From: Accumulibacter sp.
GTDB lineage: Bacteria; Pseudomonadota; Gammaproteobacteria; Burkholderiales; Rhodocyclaceae
DNA length: 64,000 nucleotides
Direction of reading: 5' to 3'
NCBI GenBank assembly: GCA_031280565.1
Contig: JAITGN010000131.1
Location: 7,696 to 71,695 of the forward strand
The position numbers and the translations under genes are program-made. This document shows, one piece after another, positions 27,420 through 37,160 of this stretch; position 1 is the stretch's first letter; each line of letters starts with the position of its first letter. The notes under the pieces are model-generated. The model saw nothing but the letters and a program-made list of their open reading frames with translations. It ran no database searches and was not told the origin of the DNA.

Positions 27420-28301
27420 GTGCAAACTCTTCTCATTATTGGCTGCGGCGACATCGCGCGCCGCGTCGCACCGCGTCTCTTGTGCCGTTACCGGATTTTC
27501 GCGTTGCTGCGCGAGCCTGAAGAGCGCGATTTTTGGCGCGAACAGGGAATTCACGGCATCGTGGGTGATCTTGATTTCGCGCCGTCATTAAAACGTTTTC
27601 GCGGGCTTGCCGATATCGTGCTCTACTTCGCGCCGCCGCAGAATTCCGGCCCGGCTGACATGCGCATGCGCCGGGTGCTCGCAATGTTCGCCCAGGGGAA
27701 AAAACGTCCGCACAAATTTGTCTATATCAGCACCTGCGGCGTTTACGGAAACACGCGCGGCGCGAAAATCGATGAAACAGCGCGGCTTCTGCCACAAACT
27801 TCGCGCGCGCGCCGCCGCGCCGACGCCGAACGCCAGCTGCGCCGCTTCGCCTGCCGTTCCGGCGTTCACGTCAGCATCCTTCGCGCTCCCGGGATCTATG
27901 CAGCGGATCGCCTGCCGCTCAAGCGTCTTGAAAAAAAGCTGCCCGCCTTGCGTGATGAAGACGATGTTTACACCAGCCACATTCACGCCAACGACCTCGC
28001 GGCCCTGGTCGGCGACGCTTTGCGATACGGCCGCCCCAATCGCTGTTATAACGCTGTCGACGATTCGGAGCTGAAAATGGGCGACTATTTCGACTGCGTT
28101 GCCGACCGTTTCGGTTTGCCGCGCGCACCGCGCATCGCGTGCGCCGAGGCGGAGAAAATCGTTTCGCCGGCGCGCTTCGCGTTCATGAGCGAATCGCGGC
28201 GAATCGACAACCTGCGGATCAAGACCGAGCTGCGGGCACGTCTGGCCTTTCCTCACGTCACTGACGGCATTGAAGCCGCCTGGCGCGAGAGGATTCTCTG
28301 A
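27420..28301 (+). CDS. NAD-dependent epimerase/dehydratase family (SDR) protein
   Basis: 293 aa with an N-terminal Rossmann motif LLIIGCGDIARRV. Length and pattern fit the atypical SDR family. Confidence 0.6.
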   Translation: MQTLLIIGCGDIARRVAPRLLCRYRIFALLREPEERDFWREQGIHGIVGDLDFAPSLKRFRGLADIVLYFAPPQNSGPADMRMRRVLAMFAQGKKRPHKFVYISTCGVYGNTRGAKIDETARLLPQTSRARRRADAERQLRRFACRSGVHVSILRAPGIYAADRLPLKRLEKKLPALRDEDDVYTSHIHANDLAALVGDALRYGRPNRCYNAVDDSELKMGDYFDCVADRFGLPRAPRIACAEAEKIVSPARFAFMSESRRIDNLRIKTELRARLAFPHVTDGIEAAWRERIL

Positions 28302-28371
28302 AATGCTTTGTCCTGAATCCGGCGTATTCGTTCTTTCCGCCGTTTTCCGGTTTTTTTGAGACGTTACGCGC

Positions 28372-29514
28372 ATGGAAGAATTTTTCGCTACCTGCCCACG
28401 TGGCCTGGAAACACTGCTTGAAGAAGAACTCGCGGCGGTTGGCGCGAACGCCTTGCGAAAACGCGCGGGCGGCGTTTGTTTTGAAGGTGGATGGCAAACG
28501 TGTTACACGGCCAACCTGTATTCGCGCATCGCGACGCGGATACTCTGGCGCGTCGCGCGGGGCCGCTATGCCAAAGAGGACGACATTTACCGGCTCGCCT
28601 ACGATACGCCGTGGAACCGTTTTTTCGGCCCGGAGCGAACGATTCGCGTCAACGTCACCGCGATTGGAAGCCCCCTGAAAAGCCTTGAATTCATCACGCT
28701 GCGAATCAAGGATGCCGTTTGCGACCGCTTTCGCGCGGACACGGGAGAACGGCCGAGCGTCGACACGCGCGAACCGGATATCCGCCTACACGCCTTTATC
28801 GACGCCGAACAATGTACGCTTTACATCGACACATCCGGCACACCGCTCCATCGGCGCGGCCTGCGCCAGAAAACCGTCGACGCGCCGCTCAATGAAAACC
28901 TCGCCGCGGGAATCCTGCGGCTCATCGGCTGGCGGCCAGGCATCCCGCTTTTCGACCCGATGTGCGGAAGCGGAACTTTCCTTCTCGAAGCGGCGCAAAT
29001 GGCGCTTGACTTCGCGCCAGGGGCAGGCGGCCGTCCTTTTGGATTCCAGCGCCTGAAAAATTTCCGCCTTGAACTCTGGAAAGAACTGCTCGATACCGCC
29101 CAGGATGCCGAAAAACCTGTCCAGTTCGCGCAAATTTACGGCAGCGACATTTCTCCAGCCGCATCCCGCGCCACGCTCGCCAATCTTGACCGCGCCGGGC
29201 TTTTGCCCGCCGCCGCGCTAAAGACGGAAGACATCCTTGATGCGGCGCCTCCCTCGGAGACGCCGGGAATTCTGATTGCCAACCCGCCTTACGGAGAACG
29301 TCTTTCAAAACATGACGAACTCGCCGGGTTCTACCCTCATTTGGCCAGCGCGTTCAAACGCCATTTCGCTGGATGGGAATGCTGGCTGCTTACATCGGAT
29401 TTGCGCCTGCCCAAACTCATGCGTCTGACGCCCTTCCGGAAAATCCCGCTTTTCAATGGCGGGCTGGAATGCCGCCTGTTCGGATTCAAGATGGTTGCCG
29501 GAAGTAACCGCTGA
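28372..29514 (+). CDS. THUMP domain-containing class I SAM-dependent RNA methyltransferase (RlmL N-domain-like)
   Basis: FFATCPRGLETLLEEEL start, THUMP-like region, SAM motif DPMCGSGTFLLEA and catalytic IANPPYGERL. Confidence 0.75.
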   Translation: MEEFFATCPRGLETLLEEELAAVGANALRKRAGGVCFEGGWQTCYTANLYSRIATRILWRVARGRYAKEDDIYRLAYDTPWNRFFGPERTIRVNVTAIGSPLKSLEFITLRIKDAVCDRFRADTGERPSVDTREPDIRLHAFIDAEQCTLYIDTSGTPLHRRGLRQKTVDAPLNENLAAGILRLIGWRPGIPLFDPMCGSGTFLLEAAQMALDFAPGAGGRPFGFQRLKNFRLELWKELLDTAQDAEKPVQFAQIYGSDISPAASRATLANLDRAGLLPAAALKTEDILDAAPPSETPGILIANPPYGERLSKHDELAGFYPHLASAFKRHFAGWECWLLTSDLRLPKLMRLTPFRKIPLFNGGLECRLFGFKMVAGSNR

Positions 29515-29559
29515 CTCTGCGCGCCTAAAATGCGGGCCGTTTTTTTCTGGCGCGCCAGG

Positions 29560-29655
29560 CTTCATCGTAAAACTAACTCCGGTTTGAAACCCCGCCCTTC
29601 AGGGCGGTGCGGAGGTTGGAACCCCGGCCTGAAGGGCTGTCGCTAATTTCTTGCT
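29560..29655 (-). repeat. HME copy 5, internal-deletion variant (96 nt)
   Basis: Matches copy 3 closely (1 mismatch) at both ends. The central roughly 75 nt are missing exactly between two CCTGAAGG octamers. Confidence 0.8.
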
Positions 29656-29940
29656 TGCCATGACATTTTCTCCCCGCAAGTGAATCCGGAAGAAGCAAAA
29701 AAATGTTTTTCATCAAAATATTCCAGAGTATTTCGTTGGAAAGTGGCTTCGTTCAAGGAATCCTTTGATAAAAATACGCAAGAAATCGGGAAATATAGAA
29801 TATGGACTACGTTCTCAAGGCATTTTATGAAAAAAATGGAGATAAATTACAGGAAATAAAAATTTATGTGACGATCTCAGAGGATTTTTTATCAAATTCC
29901 GGTAAAAATACCTTAAAAACGTAGTCAAGACATTTCAGTT
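29656..29940 (-). repeat. AT-rich element copy C (inverted orientation)
   Basis: Box Y is in reverse at 29716-29730 (AAAATATTCCAGAGTA). Box X copies start at 29809 (reverse) and 29921. Confidence 0.6.
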
Positions 29941-29952
29941 ATAAGGCGTTTC

Positions 29953-30040
29953 CGCCCTCTCTCCCATGTGTTGAACTGCTCCCTTGGATACCCATCCAAG
30001 CGAAGGTGAAGTTCAGGGAGAGGGCAGCCCGAAAGGCCGG
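29953..30040. repeat. REP-like long hairpin (CCCTCTCTCCC ... GGGAGAGGGCAGCCCGAAAGGCCGGGGG)
   Basis: Same family as the cluster at 11515-11720. Confidence 0.6.
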
Positions 30041-30050
30041 GGGAAGAAAG

Positions 30051-30380
30051 ATACTTTTCCAATCCGTTCGCCCTGCTCCGTCCTGAACCTGTCGAAGGGC
30101 AAGGACTGGAAAGGTGTCTACGGCCTGGAGCGTCCGTTCATACTTCGACAAGCTCAGCACGAACGGAAATAGGCGCTGTTGACGCTTCGGCAGATCCAGC
30201 GCGAATCGAGATACACGCTGTTGGTATGCTTCGGCAACCTGGAAGTCTGCTCATAGGGCTTGACGCCCCTCACCGCGAAGAGAAAAAAACAGCGCGAAAG
30301 ATAAAAACAACGTTTTTAAGCTATCTTTAATCTCTGAGTGTATTTGGGCAAAAACTTTTCAATCTGTTCGCCATGCTCCA
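30051..30380 (+). repeat. GC-rich hairpin repeat unit with AT-rich core box (same family as 3246-4080)
   Basis: TTTTCCAATCCGTTCGCCCTGCTCCGTCCTGA..., TCCGTTCATACTTCGACAAGCTCAGCACGAACGGA, and AACGTTTTTAAGCTATCTTTAATCTC at 30309. Confidence 0.8.
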
Positions 30381-30720
30381 AACGGCCAGAACCTGGCAAC
30401 AAGCCTGCCGGTTGACGTCAGCCATTTTCTGTCCAGAGTGAAAATCAGCGAAGTTTCTACCCGGCACACAGGACGCGTCGCCACCTTATAATGAAAGAAC
30501 TCGTCATGGCCCTGGATTCAGGCTGAAACATGAGTTTCGTTTTTTCGCCGCGCGTGTCGTGCTTACTCACGTGTCAATGATCAAGCGGGTGAATGAAACG
30601 GTTATTCAGGGAGAGAGGATCGTTCATCGGATTTACGTTGATCTATCCATTGCATTCCTGGCGGGCGGGTCGCTGCTTTTTTTTCATTGGCTTGATTAGA
30701 GGCCGAATGGAGTCCTAAAA

Positions 30721-31581
30721 ATGACAATATCAGCAAAACGAACGGCAAGGTTCTTCGTGCCAATCCTCGTCGCGCTCATGACGGCCGCGGCCTGGATCCC
30801 GCGCTTCGACGCAATGGCCAACGAGCGGGTTGAGGCCGGATTGAAACGCGCAGCGGCAACCTATGCCACGGCGCGCCTGCTCAATGGCATTATCTCCGTG
30901 GCGCAGGGAACCGAAATCGCGGCGACGCCCGCTGGAATCGGCGTGACGCTGACTCCCGGACAGATTCTGGAGCCTCTGAACGACCTGGTGGAAAAATTTT
31001 CCCAGGTGATGTTGATGGCCATGGTCGCATTCGGCATCGAAAAAGTATTGCTGATGGTCGGCGCTTCCTGGGCGATTTCAGTGATTCTGACACTGATCGC
31101 CGCGGCATGGAGCGTTCTGTATCTGCGGGGAACGGAGCCGCGCTGGCTGGCGCGGCTGCTTCTGGCGCTCATTATCACGCGCTTTGCCATGCCTGTCTCG
31201 TTGATGGCGACAGATATGGTCTTCAAACACTTCCTGGCTTCCGATTACTACGAAAGTCAGGAAGTGCTCAAGACCGCGCAGAGCGAGGCCGGCAAACTGG
31301 GGACTTTCGGTGAGGGAGAAAAACAGGGCGTCTGGGAAAAACTCAAGAGTACGACGGTCGAGGCCTTCGCTGAAGCCAGTGTCAAACTGCAAAACCTGAA
31401 GCGGGCCGCTGAAAACGCGGTCGACCGCGTCATTCGTCTGATGGCGATTTTCGTGCTCGAAACCATCATTTTGCCCATCCTTTTCGTCTGGGCGATGTTC
31501 GCCCTGGGCCGGAATGCCCTCATTGAAACGCCGACGCGACATGCGGAGACGGGAAGGCAAGCGGGTTTTCGTCCAGGATGA
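30721..31581 (+). CDS. hypothetical membrane protein
   Basis: 286 aa with an N-terminal anchor and several hydrophobic segments. I recognise no family. It is flanked by direct copies of the GC-rich repeat and by AT-rich elements. Confidence 0.6.
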   Translation: MTISAKRTARFFVPILVALMTAAAWIPRFDAMANERVEAGLKRAAATYATARLLNGIISVAQGTEIAATPAGIGVTLTPGQILEPLNDLVEKFSQVMLMAMVAFGIEKVLLMVGASWAISVILTLIAAAWSVLYLRGTEPRWLARLLLALIITRFAMPVSLMATDMVFKHFLASDYYESQEVLKTAQSEAGKLGTFGEGEKQGVWEKLKSTTVEAFAEASVKLQNLKRAAENAVDRVIRLMAIFVLETIILPILFVWAMFALGRNALIETPTRHAETGRQAGFRPG

Positions 31582-31650
31582 TGCCGGATAGTCGACTCGC
31601 GGCTCTTTCAGAAGATATTCCCGTTTCGGCTTTCTCTCATTTATGCTTGC

Positions 31651-31880
31651 TCTTTCCAATCCGTTTGCCCTGCCCCGCCCTGAGGCTGTCGAAGGGTAAG
31701 GATTGGAAGGGCATTGACACCTTGGAGCGCCCATTCATACTTCGACAGGCTCAGTACGAACGGGGATATGCGCCACCGGTAGTCCGACAGGCTCAGCGCG
31801 AACGGCAATGTGGGTCGTCCATGCTTTGACAGGCTTGCCGCGAATGACAGGAGAAATCTGTTCGACAGCCTCGTCACAAA
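31651..31880 (+). repeat. GC-rich hairpin repeat unit (same family)
   Basis: TCTTTCCAATCCGTTTGCCCTGCCCCGCCCTGAGGCTGTCGAAGGGTAAGGATTGGAAGG... and CATACTTCGACAGGCTCAGTACGAACGG. Confidence 0.75.
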
Positions 31881-32115
31881 CTTTGCGAAGAGTTATAAAA
31901 ACTCTTATGACGCCCTCTGTATCGCCTGAAAAACAAGGAACCCTTTACAATTTTCGGAAAAAAAACGAAGATACATAAAATTCTCTATACGTTTTCAAGC
32001 GATTTTATTGAAATCCTTCTTTTGTTCTTCTTTTTATTTGTCTGAATAGATATGCTTTTAGAGGGTTTTCTTTGTTATACGATAAAAAATAGCTAGAGAA
32101 CGTATGTTTTTGAGC
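31881..32115. repeat. AT-rich element copy D (two box X copies, no clear box Y)
   Basis: ACGTTTTCAAGC at 31989 (reverse) and GCTAGAGAACGTA at 32092. Confidence 0.5.
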
Positions 32116-32228
32116 GGAATGATAGAACGGCTGTCAAGTCTGGCGCTTTCCGGAAAAAGCGTCGTTTTCAGCGGCTTCTGTTCCCGCTCCAGCTTCGGGG
32201 CGAGCCATCCATTGCCGGGAAAAACGGC

Positions 32229-32447
32229 CTAGTCCTGGCGTTGTTCAAGCGCTTTTTGTATTTTCTGGTCGGTTTTGTATTGACTCAAGGCATATACCGC
32301 CCAGAGAGCCGCTGGAAGCCAGCCAATCAGCGTAATTTGGAGAATGAGGCAGATGACTCCGCTGATGGGCCTGCCAATGATAAAAAAAGTAAGCCAAGGA
32401 AAAACCAGTGATCTAAGGAAACGTATTTTCAACTCCCCACGGAACAC
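32229..32447 (-). CDS. small membrane protein (two TM segments)
   Basis: Only the C-terminal about 72 codons of ORF 32229..32684 look coding (FPWLTFFIIGRPISGVICLILQITLIGWLPAALWAVYALSQYKTDQK). The GTG start at 32447 is a guess; a TTG at 32432 is the alternative. Confidence 0.45.
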   Translation of the reverse strand: MFRGELKIRFLRSLVFPWLTFFIIGRPISGVICLILQITLIGWLPAALWAVYALSQYKTDQKIQKALEQRQD

Positions 32448-32611
32448 ATGACAAAGAAACCCATGAATGCAAACGTTGTTAGCGCGATGACGGGAGTATT
32501 TTAACCCATGTCCAGCGTAATTCATATCCGGCGTGGCTGGACGGAAGGGAGAGTTGCCTCTCTTTTTCCGGAAAGAGGAAGGCTTCAAGCGAAATGAGTT
32601 TTCGGCAAACG

Positions 32612-34612
32612 TTATCCGGGCAGATGACAGGCGGCTGAATGCGTTGTGGAGAGGGCATGCATTTTCGGAGGAATTTCCTTGCATGCGTCAGTCGCGCGCG
32701 GACAGCGTGGATGGAAAAGACAAGCCCGCGCTGGCTGTGCCAGCGGCGAAACTTCTCCCGAAAGGCAAAACTTTCCGGTATTTCCTGAAACACCGTCTAC
32801 AGGAAGAATCGAGGACAGCAGCGCCTGTGTGTAGGGATGCGCCGGCGATTTCAGCACTTCGCCGGTTTCGCCGCGTTCGACGATGCGTCCGAGGTACATC
32901 ACGGCGACTTCATGCGCAAGATGCCCAACGACAGCAAAATTGTGCGTGATGAAGAGGTATGCAAGCCCCAGCTCGTTCTGCAGGGATTTCAGCAGGTTGA
33001 GAATCTGGGCCTGCACGGAAACATCAAGCGCCGAAGTCGGTTCGTCGCAGATAATCAGCTCCGGCTGAACGGCGATGGCGCGCGCGATGGCGATCCGCTG
33101 GCGCTGACCGCCGGAAAACTCATGCGGATAACGCGATTCGGCGCCGCGCGGCAAACCAACCTGGGCAAGCAGCGCGGCAACAGCGTCGGCCATGTCGACA
33201 CTAGCGGTATCGAACGTTTTCATACCTTCGGAGATGATCTCGCCCACCCGCATCCTGGGGTCGAGCGAGGCGAAAGGATCCTGGAAAATCATTTGCATGC
33301 GGCGGCGTGTGCGCCGCAATGCTTCGCCCGAAAGTCCCTTGAGTCTGATCCCGTCAAGTTCTACCTGGCCGCCGTTCGACGGAATCAGTTGAAGAATGGC
33401 TTTTCCGGCTGTCGTCTTGCCGCAGCCCGATTCGCCGACCAGCGCCAGCGTCCGCCCGCGTTCCAGGCGAAAAGAAACGCCATCGACCGCCCGCGCCTGC
33501 CCGACGGTATGCCGGAAAATACCGCCGCGAACAGGAAAATAGACGCATAGATCTTTAACCGTGAGAAGCGGGGAGGAGGGGGACGAATCAAAATGCCTCA
33601 AGGGCGTTGTTTTTTCCTCAGGACTTTTCCGGGAAACCGGCTCGTCCCACGGCGCATGGCACCGGATACGGCTTCCGTTTTCCGCGTCTGTCCATGCCGG
33701 AGAAACATCACGGCATATTTCGGACGTGCGGGAACAACGCGCGGCGAAACGGCAGCCTTCCGGAAGTTCGGAAAGCGATGGAACCTGTCCCGGAATGGTT
33801 TCGAGCCAGTCCGAACGTCGTGTTCCGTCGGGCAGCGCCGCAAAAAGTTTTCTTGTGTAAGGGTGGCGCGGATATCTGAAAAAATCTTCGCGCGCCGCTT
33901 CCTCGACAATCTCGCCGGCATACATGACACCGATGCGCCGCGCCATTCGCCCCGCAACGCCAAAATCGTGCGTGATCAGCAAAATGCCCATTCCGCGCTC
34001 CTCCTGCAAATGCAAGAGCAGATCGAGAATTTGTGCCTGTATCGTTACGTCGAGCGCGGTCGTCGGTTCGTCGGCGATCAGTAGTTCCGGATCCGCCGCG
34101 AGCGCCATTGCGATCATTACGCGCTGCTTTATTCCGCCGGAAAGCTGAAACGGATATTCATCCAGACGCCGCTTTGCGCCGGTAATTCCAACGGCGTCCA
34201 GCAGTTCCAGCGTGCGCGCGCTGACGGAAACGCCCTCAAGCCCAGGGCGGCGGCGCAGCGCTTCGGTAATCTGCCGGCCAACGGTCAGGACAGGATTGAG
34301 ACTGCCCGAGGCTTCCTGAAAAATCATGGATATTCCGCGGCCACGCACGCCGCGCATCGCAGCTTCCGGCAGTCGCAAAAGATCGTTTCCATTGAAGCGC
34401 ACGCTTCCGCCAAGAATACGCCCGGCAGGCGGCAGCAAGCGCAGCAGGGATAACGCTGTCACTGATTTTCCACAGCCCGATTCGCCGATCAAGGCCAGCG
34501 TTTCGCCTTTTTTTACGCTGAATGAAACACCGGAAACCGCTGTCAGCGTCTTGCGCCCGGAAACAAAACCAACCTTCAGATCGTCCACCGAAAGCAACGG
34601 AGCGCCGCTCAT
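32612..34612 (-). CDS. ABC transporter ATP-binding protein with two fused ATPase domains (YejF/GsiA-like, peptide/nickel family)
   Basis: Two Walker A motifs (GESGCGKSV and GESGCGKTT), two LSGG signatures (LSGGIKQR and FSGGQRQR), and oligopeptide-type C-terminal extensions. The start is set at [14 protein letters not shown]. The 171-codon upstream extension overlaps the permease gene. Confidence 0.85.
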   Translation of the reverse strand: MSGAPLLSVDDLKVGFVSGRKTLTAVSGVSFSVKKGETLALIGESGCGKSVTALSLLRLLPPAGRILGGSVRFNGNDLLRLPEAAMRGVRGRGISMIFQEASGSLNPVLTVGRQITEALRRRPGLEGVSVSARTLELLDAVGITGAKRRLDEYPFQLSGGIKQRVMIAMALAADPELLIADEPTTALDVTIQAQILDLLLHLQEERGMGILLITHDFGVAGRMARRIGVMYAGEIVEEAAREDFFRYPRHPYTRKLFAALPDGTRRSDWLETIPGQVPSLSELPEGCRFAARCSRTSEICRDVSPAWTDAENGSRIRCHAPWDEPVSRKSPEEKTTPLRHFDSSPSSPLLTVKDLCVYFPVRGGIFRHTVGQARAVDGVSFRLERGRTLALVGESGCGKTTAGKAILQLIPSNGGQVELDGIRLKGLSGEALRRTRRRMQMIFQDPFASLDPRMRVGEIISEGMKTFDTASVDMADAVAALLAQVGLPRGAESRYPHEFSGGQRQRIAIARAIAVQPELIICDEPTSALDVSVQAQILNLLKSLQNELGLAYLFITHNFAVVGHLAHEVAVMYLGRIVERGETGEVLKSPAHPYTQALLSSILPVDGVSGNTGKFCLSGEVSPLAQPARACLFHPRCPRATDACKEIPPKMHALSTTHSAACHLPG

Positions 34613-34659
34613 TCCGCTTCCTTCGCACGAATGAAACAGGTTCCGGAAAACATCGCCGT

Positions 34660-36096
34660 TTATTCTCCTTCCGGATTGAACGCGTCGCGCACGGCATCCG
34701 CGAACAGATTGGCGGCCAGTACCAGCGCGAACATGAAAACGAAGGAAGAGGCCAGCGACCACCAGACGACAGGGGCGCGCGCCAGCTCCATCCGCGCGTT
34801 GTTGATCATCGTTCCAAAACTGGTCATTGCCGGATCGACGCCGATCCCGATGTAGGAAAGCACCGCTTCGGCAAGCACCAGCCCCGAGAAATCCATGACA
34901 AGCGCGATAACGATGACGGGCGTCAGATTGGGTAAAATATGCCGGAACACGATCTTTGAATGACCGACGCCAAAAGCCCGCGCCGCCTGAATGTATTCGA
35001 GTTCGCGCAATTTGAGCGTCTCGCCGCGCAACAGGCGGCACAGGTTTGTCCAGCTTGTCAATCCAAGGATTCCGCACAGCGCCAGCAAACGCGCGTCGGC
35101 TCTTTCCACCGCCGTGGCAAACCACTGGGGATGCGTGTCGATAACGACTTCCATCATCAGTACCGCCGCCGCGATCAGCAATACGCCGGGAATCGAGCTG
35201 AGCGTTGTGTAGATATACTGGATCACGTCGTCGATCCAGCCGCGAAAATAGCCGGAAAAAATGCCGAACAGAACCGCCAGCGGCAATGTCACCAGCGTCG
35301 TTAGCAGTCCAATGACCAGCGCGGTGCGTATACTTTTCAGAATCTGGTAGAAAACATCCTGCCCGACTTTATCGGTTCCGAAAATATGATAATCGACGCA
35401 TAAAGCCAGGGCCGGCAATAAAAGCGCCAGCAGCGCGCCAAGAGTTCCCAGCAGTGCATTCCAGGAAAATTCCGTTTCGCCCGCCCAGATGGATTTCCAT
35501 GCTTTTCCAAAGGAAATTTCCGCTTTCTTTTCACAGGAATAACGGCATCTCAACCTGTGGATCACGATGCCCGCGAGCAGCGCGAATAACGCGATGGCAA
35601 ATATTTCGGCCCGCAGCGTCCTGCTCAGGATGTCGCGGCGCCGGGCTGTTTCATCTTCACCGAGATGTGCTCCGCCAAAGCGGAGCCGCGGGAAATCGCG
35701 CAGGGCGCGATAACGCCCGTCGGCACCGCGCGTTTCGAAAGTCTCTTTTGCATAGGCGTGTGCTGCCAGCGGCGCGGAATAGGTTTTCTCATTCCGCTCG
35801 CGCAGTGGCGCGGCAATCGCGTCAAGAAGCGAAAGCGCCTCGACGGAATAGACCGCGGAGTGCCTGGGAGGCGTGTTTTCGAGGCGGCGGCGATAATGCA
35901 GTGAATCCAGCAGACCGATTGACACGAATACGGCGAGAACCGTCGCCGCGGCGATTCCGGCGCGATTGCGCCCGATGCGGCGCCATGCTGTCCGCATCAA
36001 CGGATTTTTGCCCGATAAAACGCCAAAGACAATCGCCGCGAAAATCAGCAGCCAGAGCAAGATGTCGGACCAGAGCAAGACAGGAGTGAAATTCAT
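34660..36096 (-). CDS. ABC transporter permease (DppC/YejE-like) with a long N-terminal extension
   Basis: Binding-protein-dependent transport signature region (AARAFGVGHSKIVFRHILPN), with about 478 aa overall. Confidence 0.8.
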   Translation of the reverse strand: MNFTPVLLWSDILLWLLIFAAIVFGVLSGKNPLMRTAWRRIGRNRAGIAAATVLAVFVSIGLLDSLHYRRRLENTPPRHSAVYSVEALSLLDAIAAPLRERNEKTYSAPLAAHAYAKETFETRGADGRYRALRDFPRLRFGGAHLGEDETARRRDILSRTLRAEIFAIALFALLAGIVIHRLRCRYSCEKKAEISFGKAWKSIWAGETEFSWNALLGTLGALLALLLPALALCVDYHIFGTDKVGQDVFYQILKSIRTALVIGLLTTLVTLPLAVLFGIFSGYFRGWIDDVIQYIYTTLSSIPGVLLIAAAVLMMEVVIDTHPQWFATAVERADARLLALCGILGLTSWTNLCRLLRGETLKLRELEYIQAARAFGVGHSKIVFRHILPNLTPVIVIALVMDFSGLVLAEAVLSYIGIGVDPAMTSFGTMINNARMELARAPVVWWSLASSFVFMFALVLAANLFADAVRDAFNPEGE

Positions 36097-36181
36097 GACG
36101 CACAACCGCGTTGCCGTATTCCCCGTTCCTCAAAACGCGCGTCTGATTCAGGAAAGAGTCTGTTCCAGAGGGAGGTTGTTT

Positions 36182-37159
36182 TCATTCGAGCCGTATCCGC
36201 GGGTCGACAAGCGTGTATGAAATATCGGTCAAGGTCAGGCCCGCGATATAGAGCACCGAACCGATGAACACCATGGCGCGAACGACGGAAAAATCCTGCG
36301 CGCGAATAGCGTCTATCGTGTAGCTGCCCAGTCCGGGGATGCCGAAGAAAGATTCGGTAAGCAAGGATCCCATGAACAGCGAGGGGATAACGACGACAAC
36401 GCTCGTCATGATCGGAATCAGCGCGTTTCGCAGCACATGACGGGAAAAAACCACCGTTTCGGAAAGCCCTTTGGCGCGCGCCGTGCGGACGTAGTCCTTG
36501 CTGGCTTCTTCAAGGAAAAAGGCGCGGTACAGGCGAGTCGACGCCCCCACGCCCGAAATGACGCCGATCGCGACCGGCAATATGACAAATTTCCAGGCGT
36601 CGATTCCGCCGCCATATCCGGAGATCGGCACAAGCCGCCACAGCCGGCTGACCAGGTATTGTCCTCCGATGATGTAAAACAACCCCGAAATCGACATCAT
36701 TGCCACGCAGAGAACAATGCCCCAAAAATCAAGACGGCTGGCCCGAAAAAAAACGAGCATCAACGCGAAACTTACCGTGACGAACAGCCCGAGCGCGAAA
36801 GTCGGTGCCGCGATGGCTAGCGACGGGCCCATGCGGGATGCGATTTCCTTCGAAATGTCGCGCCCGTCTTCGGCGCGCCCAAAGTCCCCGGCAAAAAGCC
36901 GGGCCGATTTGGCGAAAAAAATGGTATCGGTCAGTACCGAAAGGTTTTTCGCCTCCCGGTTTATGAAAAACGGTTTGTCGTATCCACGCTCCGCTTTCCA
37001 TTTTTCGATCGCCTGCGGGGTGACGCGCTTGACGCCAAGCTGCATGCGCGCCATATCGTCTGGCGTATTGACGACGAAAAACAACGCGAATGTAATGAAA
37101 TTGACGCCGATCAGAATAGGAAACGCGTAAAGCAGGCGGCGAACGAGATAGGCAAACAT
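36182..37159 (-). CDS. ABC transporter permease (DppB/YejB-like)
   Basis: MFAYLVRRLLYAFPILIGVNFITF N-terminus and permease signature TARAKGLSETVVFSRHVLRNAL. Confidence 0.8.
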   Translation of the reverse strand: MFAYLVRRLLYAFPILIGVNFITFALFFVVNTPDDMARMQLGVKRVTPQAIEKWKAERGYDKPFFINREAKNLSVLTDTIFFAKSARLFAGDFGRAEDGRDISKEIASRMGPSLAIAAPTFALGLFVTVSFALMLVFFRASRLDFWGIVLCVAMMSISGLFYIIGGQYLVSRLWRLVPISGYGGGIDAWKFVILPVAIGVISGVGASTRLYRAFFLEEASKDYVRTARAKGLSETVVFSRHVLRNALIPIMTSVVVVIPSLFMGSLLTESFFGIPGLGSYTIDAIRAQDFSVVRAMVFIGSVLYIAGLTLTDISYTLVDPRIRLE

Positions 37160-37160
37160 G

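Noticed and set aside
29820-29900. dif-like site in the AT-rich elements (e.g. AAATTTATGTGACGATC at about 29868, CATAATATAAACAAACG at about 52473)
   Set aside because: Only 6-7 of the 11 XerD-arm positions match, and there is no matching XerC arm at the correct 6-nt spacing.
34613-35125. 171-codon extension of the double-ATPase ORF, and the 81-codon extension of the binding-protein ORF (39354-39596)
   Set aside because: The extensions overlap the upstream permease gene or the leader and lack family similarity. Internal ATGs give canonical N-termini ([14 protein letters not shown], and MSNRSFF..VSGC with the lipobox).
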